Shown here in pieces: positions 59,390 to 64,000 of a stretch of 64,000 nt of DNA. Each line of letters opens with the position of its first letter. Position 1 is the stretch's first letter. Source of the DNA: an uncultured bacterium. GTDB taxonomy: Bacteria; Patescibacteriota; Dojkabacteria; J137. The stretch covers positions 1,000,690-1,064,689 of the forward strand of contig OY969472.1 of the NCBI GenBank assembly GCA_963700155.1. Reading direction: 5' to 3'. The notes beneath the pieces were generated by a model. It was given only the letters and a program-made list of their open reading frames with translations. It was not told where the DNA came from and ran no database searches. The position numbers were made by a program, and so were the translations under genes.

Positions 59390-59626
59390 ATGTTAAAAAA
59401 ATTTTTAGTAGTAGTAATTATTATAACTAGCTTTTTGATCATGGCTCAAGGAACAAAAGCATTATTCTCCGATGTGGAGCATATTCCTAATAATACTATC
59501 AGTACTGCAGATTCGTTTTCAATTGAACACGATGAGAATCAAGTCACTAATCCTAAAGTTCCAGATGACACTGAAAATGAGCAGCAAACTACTGAACCTC
59601 CAATAAGCTACTCATTAGACCATTAG
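59390..59626 (+). CDS. Short TasA-like protein (signal peptide plus ALFSD..NTISTA motif, 78 aa)
   Basis: It starts 4 nt after the sipW stop (operonic). Sequence MLKKFLVVVIIITSFLIMAQGTKALFSDVEHIPNNTISTADSFSIE followed by an acidic/Pro tail. Confidence 0.45.
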   Translation: MLKKFLVVVIIITSFLIMAQGTKALFSDVEHIPNNTISTADSFSIEHDENQVTNPKVPDDTENEQQTTEPPISYSLDH

Positions 59627-59674
59627 ACAATCCCAAGTGTGTAAAGTGGAGCGAAATGAGGTATAATAACCTTC

Positions 59675-60901
59675 ATGGAATTAATTTATCTGCTTCATTT
59701 TTATCAACCTGACTTTCAGTTCAGAGAAATCTTAGAAGAAGTTTACAATAAATCATATAAAAAAGTTTTTAAGATAATTAAGGATTCTCCAAATGCAAAA
59801 ATAGCAATTAATATTACTGCCTCGACAATTGAGAAAATTAATAACTATAATGCAGGAGACATCATTAGAGATCTAAAAAGTCTATATAAAACCGGAAGAG
59901 TAGAATTTACTGCTACTAGTCTGGCACATGTACTTCTTTCTGAAGCAACTTATGAGCAAGCTTTAAGACAAATTAAACTAGATATAGAGAAAAAATCTTA
60001 CTTTTTGGATATACCAGAAAAAGAATTTAAAGTTTTGTTTCCACCCGAACTAAGTATAAATCCCCAAGTCTTAAAGCTTGCGAAAAATTTAGGAATTGAA
60101 GGATTAATCGTTTCTCATAATTCAATTGAAAATTTTAAAGAAGGTGATACTACTTTATTAAACTCTAATCAGAAAATATTTGTAAGATCTCTGAAGGTAA
60201 GTCGAATGTTAGAATCTGAGAATACAATGACTTCTGAAGAATTTTTAAATATTTTTCAAGAACAAGGATTAGAAACTAATGGATTATATTTAGCTGCTCA
60301 TGACGTAGAAATTATTGGTTTTCGATTTGAAAAGAAACTTAAACTTTTTAAAGAGATTTTAAATAATCCTAAAATTAAATTAGTTTCTTTTGATCAAATA
60401 CTAAAAATGAATAAATTTAAGAGTTATAATGGTAAGTTGCTTCAAGGAACTTGGGAGAAAATTTTGATTAATGATGAACTAAGTGATGTACATTGGAATA
60501 ATCCTGAAAATAAGATTCATAAATATCAATGGAAGCTTTCAAATTTAATAATTAATCAGATCGAGAAGTTTCCTGAAATTAATACTAAATCAGAACTTCA
60601 AATTCATTTAGATTATATACAGTATAGTTGTCAATATTGGTGGGCAAGTTCATATCCGTATTGGAGTGCTGGGATAATTTCAAATGCTGCTTGGTCATGG
60701 TTATATCTAGCATATAAAGTCTATTATGCTTTAAAAATGATTGATAAAGAAAAAGCTGAAAGGTTTATTAACCAAGCAAAACAAAATTATATGCGTTTAA
60801 TTGAGACATTAACTGAATATGATATTACAAAATGGCATGAAAAAAATATTCATTATTATGATCAAAATATACATTCTCTAAAATTATCTTATAAATTATG
60901 A
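59675..60901 (+). CDS. Glycoside hydrolase family 57-like protein
   Basis: The N-terminal pattern LLHFYQP...EEVYNKSYKKVFKIIKDSPNAKIAINITASTIEKI parallels the GH57 H-x-H-Q-P...EEAYNRSY...P..K....FSG.LLE.I region. The HxH motif is degenerate. It overlaps the glgA start. Confidence 0.45.
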   Translation: MELIYLLHFYQPDFQFREILEEVYNKSYKKVFKIIKDSPNAKIAINITASTIEKINNYNAGDIIRDLKSLYKTGRVEFTATSLAHVLLSEATYEQALRQIKLDIEKKSYFLDIPEKEFKVLFPPELSINPQVLKLAKNLGIEGLIVSHNSIENFKEGDTTLLNSNQKIFVRSLKVSRMLESENTMTSEEFLNIFQEQGLETNGLYLAAHDVEIIGFRFEKKLKLFKEILNNPKIKLVSFDQILKMNKFKSYNGKLLQGTWEKILINDELSDVHWNNPENKIHKYQWKLSNLIINQIEKFPEINTKSELQIHLDYIQYSCQYWWASSYPYWSAGIISNAAWSWLYLAYKVYYALKMIDKEKAERFINQAKQNYMRLIETLTEYDITKWHEKNIHYYDQNIHSLKLSYKL

Positions 60902-62400
60902 AGAAACAAAATAAAACAAAACTGAAAGTTCTATTAATTGCTGCTGAAATGTGGCCTTATGCAAGTGTTGGTGGATTAAGTAGGTTTACATATAATTTAC
61001 CGAAATCGTTAAAAAAACAAAATATTGATGTAAGAGTATTTATGCCTAAATATGGAAAGATCGATACTAAAGAGTTCCCAATGGAATCAGAAGTATTAGG
61101 TATAGAAATGCCTTTTAAAGATTTTGATAAAAAAGTAACTTGCAATGTTCTTTCAAATGAATATGCAGGTGTAAAGACATATTTCCTTGAGAATCAGGAA
61201 TATTATGAACTACGTGCTAACGAATATGGATATATTGACGATCATATTAGGTGGGGACTTCTTCAAAGAGGAATGTGGGAGTTTTTAAAAACTAGTGATT
61301 GGATACCGGATATCATTCATTGTAATGATTGGCAAACTGGACTTGTAGCAAATTACTATATTCAAGAATATAGTAAAATTAAAAAGTTATCTAAAATTAA
61401 GACTATACTTACATTGCATAATTTACGATTTCAAGCTCCATATGATCACATGTTTGTTACTGAAGTTGATTTTGATGCAGGGAAAAGTCAGATACCACCA
61501 ATAACATCTCATTCATTTGAAAGATTAAATAGCATAAGAAGAGGAATTATTTATTCTACTGCACTTACAACTGTTTCCCCAACATATTCTCAAGAAATTT
61601 TAACACCTGAATTTGGTGAGGGTTTAGAGAGATTGTTAAATGAACTTAGATTTAAACTAAGAGGAATATTAAATGGAATCGATTATGATGATTTTGACCC
61701 AGAGACAGATCAAAATATTTCGCAAAGTTTTAAAATCGGAGAATGGGATAAACGTGAGAAAAATAAAGAAGCTTTGCAAGAAAAATTTCTTTTTGATGTG
61801 GATCCTGAAGCACCACTTTTTGTAATTTCATACAGATTAACAGATCAAAAAGGTTTAAGTTTAGTAACTTCCGTTATTGAAACAATATTAAACGAGTATG
61901 GAGCACAGTTGATTGTAAACGGTGATGGAGATACTGCTTTTAAAAGCTTTTTTAGATATTTATCTGAGAAACATCCTAAACAAGTTGGAGTTAATTTAGT
62001 TTATGATGATAAATTGCCTAGACAGCTGTTTGCTGGTGGTGATTTTGTACTTCATCCTTCAAAATTTGAACCTTGTGGAATTGTTCAAATTGAAGCCATG
62101 AGATATGGATGTATTCCAATTATTCGTGAGGTTGGAGGATTAGCAGATACTGTTTTCGAAGGTAAAAATGGATTTACATTTAAAAAGTTCACAGATCAAT
62201 CTTTATTAATGACTATCTCGCGAGCTATCGAAGTGTTTAAATATAAAAATTTGATTAATTCATTTAGAAAATCTTGTATGGAACAAGACTTTTCTTGGGA
62301 TAACTCTGCTAAAGAATATATAAAACTCTATAAGGATATTCGAAAAAACACTAAAAATTCTGAATATTTCTCTCAAAGACCCAGTCAGATATTTACTTAA
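60898..62400 (+). CDS. glgA: Glycogen/starch synthase (GT5)
   Basis: The N-terminus is KVLLIAAEMWPYASVGGLSRFTYNLPKSLKKQNIDVRVFMPKYG (the K-x-G-G-L motif). The C-terminal GT-B fold has E..G...I.REVGGL. Confidence 0.9.
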   Translation: MKKQNKTKLKVLLIAAEMWPYASVGGLSRFTYNLPKSLKKQNIDVRVFMPKYGKIDTKEFPMESEVLGIEMPFKDFDKKVTCNVLSNEYAGVKTYFLENQEYYELRANEYGYIDDHIRWGLLQRGMWEFLKTSDWIPDIIHCNDWQTGLVANYYIQEYSKIKKLSKIKTILTLHNLRFQAPYDHMFVTEVDFDAGKSQIPPITSHSFERLNSIRRGIIYSTALTTVSPTYSQEILTPEFGEGLERLLNELRFKLRGILNGIDYDDFDPETDQNISQSFKIGEWDKREKNKEALQEKFLFDVDPEAPLFVISYRLTDQKGLSLVTSVIETILNEYGAQLIVNGDGDTAFKSFFRYLSEKHPKQVGVNLVYDDKLPRQLFAGGDFVLHPSKFEPCGIVQIEAMRYGCIPIIREVGGLADTVFEGKNGFTFKKFTDQSLLMTISRAIEVFKYKNLINSFRKSCMEQDFSWDNSAKEYIKLYKDIRKNTKNSEYFSQRPSQIFT

Positions 62401-63056
62401 GCAGTACCTTGTTTTACTGGGGACATCATGTAACCTGGAACAACTTCTTCCGAGAATTCTTCATCACTATGACGTTCAATAATTTTGAAGTAATGATTAC
62501 TCATAGGACATACTAATTTTCCTCCATTTTGATTAAGTTGTAATTTTAAGTTTTCTGGAACTTCTTCCAACCCAAAAGCTATATGAATGCCATCGAATGG
62601 AGCTTTCGAAGAAAGCCCCTCAATACCATCTCTATATAAAAGTTCTAAATTTCTTAATTGAGGATATTTTTTTATGTTCTCTCTTGCCATTTCCCAAATC
62701 CACTGAACTCTTTCAATGGAGTATACTTTTCCACTATCTCCTGCAACAAAAGCCATTATGGCAGCTGAATAACCTGTACCAGTTCCAATATCTAAATATT
62801 TACCACCTAGTCTTGGTTTTAAATAAGCCAACATCTCAGCTACAATGGTTGGTTTACTTAAAGTTTCACTATAACCTATTGGGATTTCAAGATCATCATA
62901 AGCTTTGTTTTCGTAATCTTTGGGAACAAAATTTTTTCTGTCTATTTGTTTCATTGCATTAATCAAAATTGGATCTATAAGTATAGGATTAGGTCCACTT
63001 GATAGAAGTTGAATTAAATATTCTTTTGACCATTTGAAAACAGACCCTGAACTCAT
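62397..63056 (-). CDS. pcm: Protein-L-isoaspartate O-methyltransferase
   Basis: The SAM-binding motif LDIGTGTGYSAA is present, with overall PIMT layout. Confidence 0.85.
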   Translation of the reverse strand: MSSGSVFKWSKEYLIQLLSSGPNPILIDPILINAMKQIDRKNFVPKDYENKAYDDLEIPIGYSETLSKPTIVAEMLAYLKPRLGGKYLDIGTGTGYSAAIMAFVAGDSGKVYSIERVQWIWEMARENIKKYPQLRNLELLYRDGIEGLSSKAPFDGIHIAFGLEEVPENLKLQLNQNGGKLVCPMSNHYFKIIERHSDEEFSEEVVPGYMMSPVKQGTA

Positions 63057-63125
63057 ATATTTTTAATTATATATATTTTTATACAGTATACTCATCACTT
63101 TGATGTGTTGCAATTAGTCTTTATA

Positions 63126-63845
63126 TTATTTAAACGTTAAAATTTCATTTCTTGCATTCATTTCCTGTTCAAGTGTAATTTTATTATTCTTATTCATTAG
63201 ATCTAAAACTACTTTTTGCCTTTCAAGTCCAGCAGATAAGTCCGAATAAGGATTGTAGACTTCAGGTAACTGTGGTAATCCAGCAAGAAATGCACATTCA
63301 GCTAAATCTAAATCATTAACCTTTTTATTAAAAAAGTTTTCTGAGGCGGCTTCAATTCCATAATTGAAGCCGCCAAAATAAGCATTATTTAGATAAGTTT
63401 CTAAAATTTTATTTTTACTCCAAACTTGGTTTAACTTTATTGAATAAATTATTTCAGATATTTTATCTTCACTATCTCTATTAAAAAAATCTTTTTCACC
63501 AAGTTTTATTACTTGCTGGGAAATTGTACTTCCTCCTCCAAAATCTTTATTCGTTAGTACACTTAGTGTTAATCTAATAGTCCCGTTAAAATCAACACCG
63601 ATATTTTTATAGAATGTCTTATCTTCTGTTGATATTACTGCATTTATACAATTTAAAGGGATTTCATTTAAGCTTATTTTTTTAAATTTAACTTCATCAG
63701 TATTAATTTCGGCATTAGAATCTAGAAAAGAAAGTGATGTTGGAGAAAATTGTATATATCTTGTAATTACTACTAACAAACTAGCAACTAAAAAAGTTAG
63801 CAATAAAGCTATTAGTAAACTAAAATATTTATTCTTCTTAGTCAT
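63126..63845 (-). CDS. mtgA: Monofunctional peptidoglycan glycosyltransferase (GT51)
   Basis: It has an N-terminal TM helix and GT51 motifs (ISTEDKTFYKNIGVD, GGSTISQQVIK, KILETYLNNAYFG). Confidence 0.8.
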   Translation of the reverse strand: MTKKNKYFSLLIALLLTFLVASLLVVITRYIQFSPTSLSFLDSNAEINTDEVKFKKISLNEIPLNCINAVISTEDKTFYKNIGVDFNGTIRLTLSVLTNKDFGGGSTISQQVIKLGEKDFFNRDSEDKISEIIYSIKLNQVWSKNKILETYLNNAYFGGFNYGIEAASENFFNKKVNDLDLAECAFLAGLPQLPEVYNPYSDLSAGLERQKVVLDLMNKNNKITLEQEMNARNEILTFK

Positions 63846-64000
63846 AATTGTATTAACTGTTTAAAATTGATATAGGTCAGTGTTATAATAGTTTATATGA
63901 TTTTCATATTATTCTTCAATAGTAATTTTTACCAATAGTTTTCATTTTAGATTAATTTTATGACTGGAAAGAGACTTAAGTATGAAAGATATTTTTTGCC

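Noticed and set aside
1-64000. CRISPR arrays, rRNA genes, IS elements or transposases
   Set aside because: I saw no regularly spaced direct repeats, no 16S/23S-like conserved stretches, and no transposase-like ORFs. The only recombinase is a Xer-like tyrosine recombinase.

Overview
This is a densely coding, AT-rich (about 30% GC by eye) bacterial chromosomal window that uses the standard genetic code: UGA is used as a stop codon and an RF2 gene is present. Recognisable housekeeping genes are secA, lepA, prfB, gltX, pheS, pth, folD, glyA, rnpA, gatC, an ftsW/rodA-type SEDS gene, htrA, glgA, pcm, a DEAD-box helicase, a beta-CASP RNase and a GT51 transglycosylase. There is one tRNA-Gln(CUG) on the minus strand and one tRNA-Glu(UUC) on the plus strand, and both have unusual flanks. 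The many small bitopic membrane proteins, the lone pheS and the small genes suggest a small-genome, low-GC lineage, possibly Patescibacteria-like, but this is inference only. The most striking region is a cell-surface locus at about 51.8-59.6 kb. It holds a subtilisin (S8) protease with two dockerin-like repeats and a membrane-anchored cohesin-like protein that shares Ig-like modules with it. It also holds a divergently oriented Crp/Fnr regulator, four full-length and one short TasA/camelysin-like protein with SipW-cognate (FSD-type) signal peptides, and a SipW-type signal peptidase. Three of the TasA-like genes are preceded by TGTGA-N6-TCAC(A/T) palindromes at a fixed distance, and four are followed by 12-13 bp hairpins. 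Other notable items are listed below. A GC-enriched, hairpin-rich noncoding element lies upstream of lepA and its family is unknown. Three divergent paralogs sit in tandem beside a Xer-like recombinase. A PNAG-like module (QxxRW GT2, a 48-aa TM ORF, then a deacetylase-like gene) is present. PheS carries a DnaJ-type CxxCxGxG x2 insertion. An unannotated 59-aa ORF has a CxC motif and a strong SD. prfB has no frameshift site.
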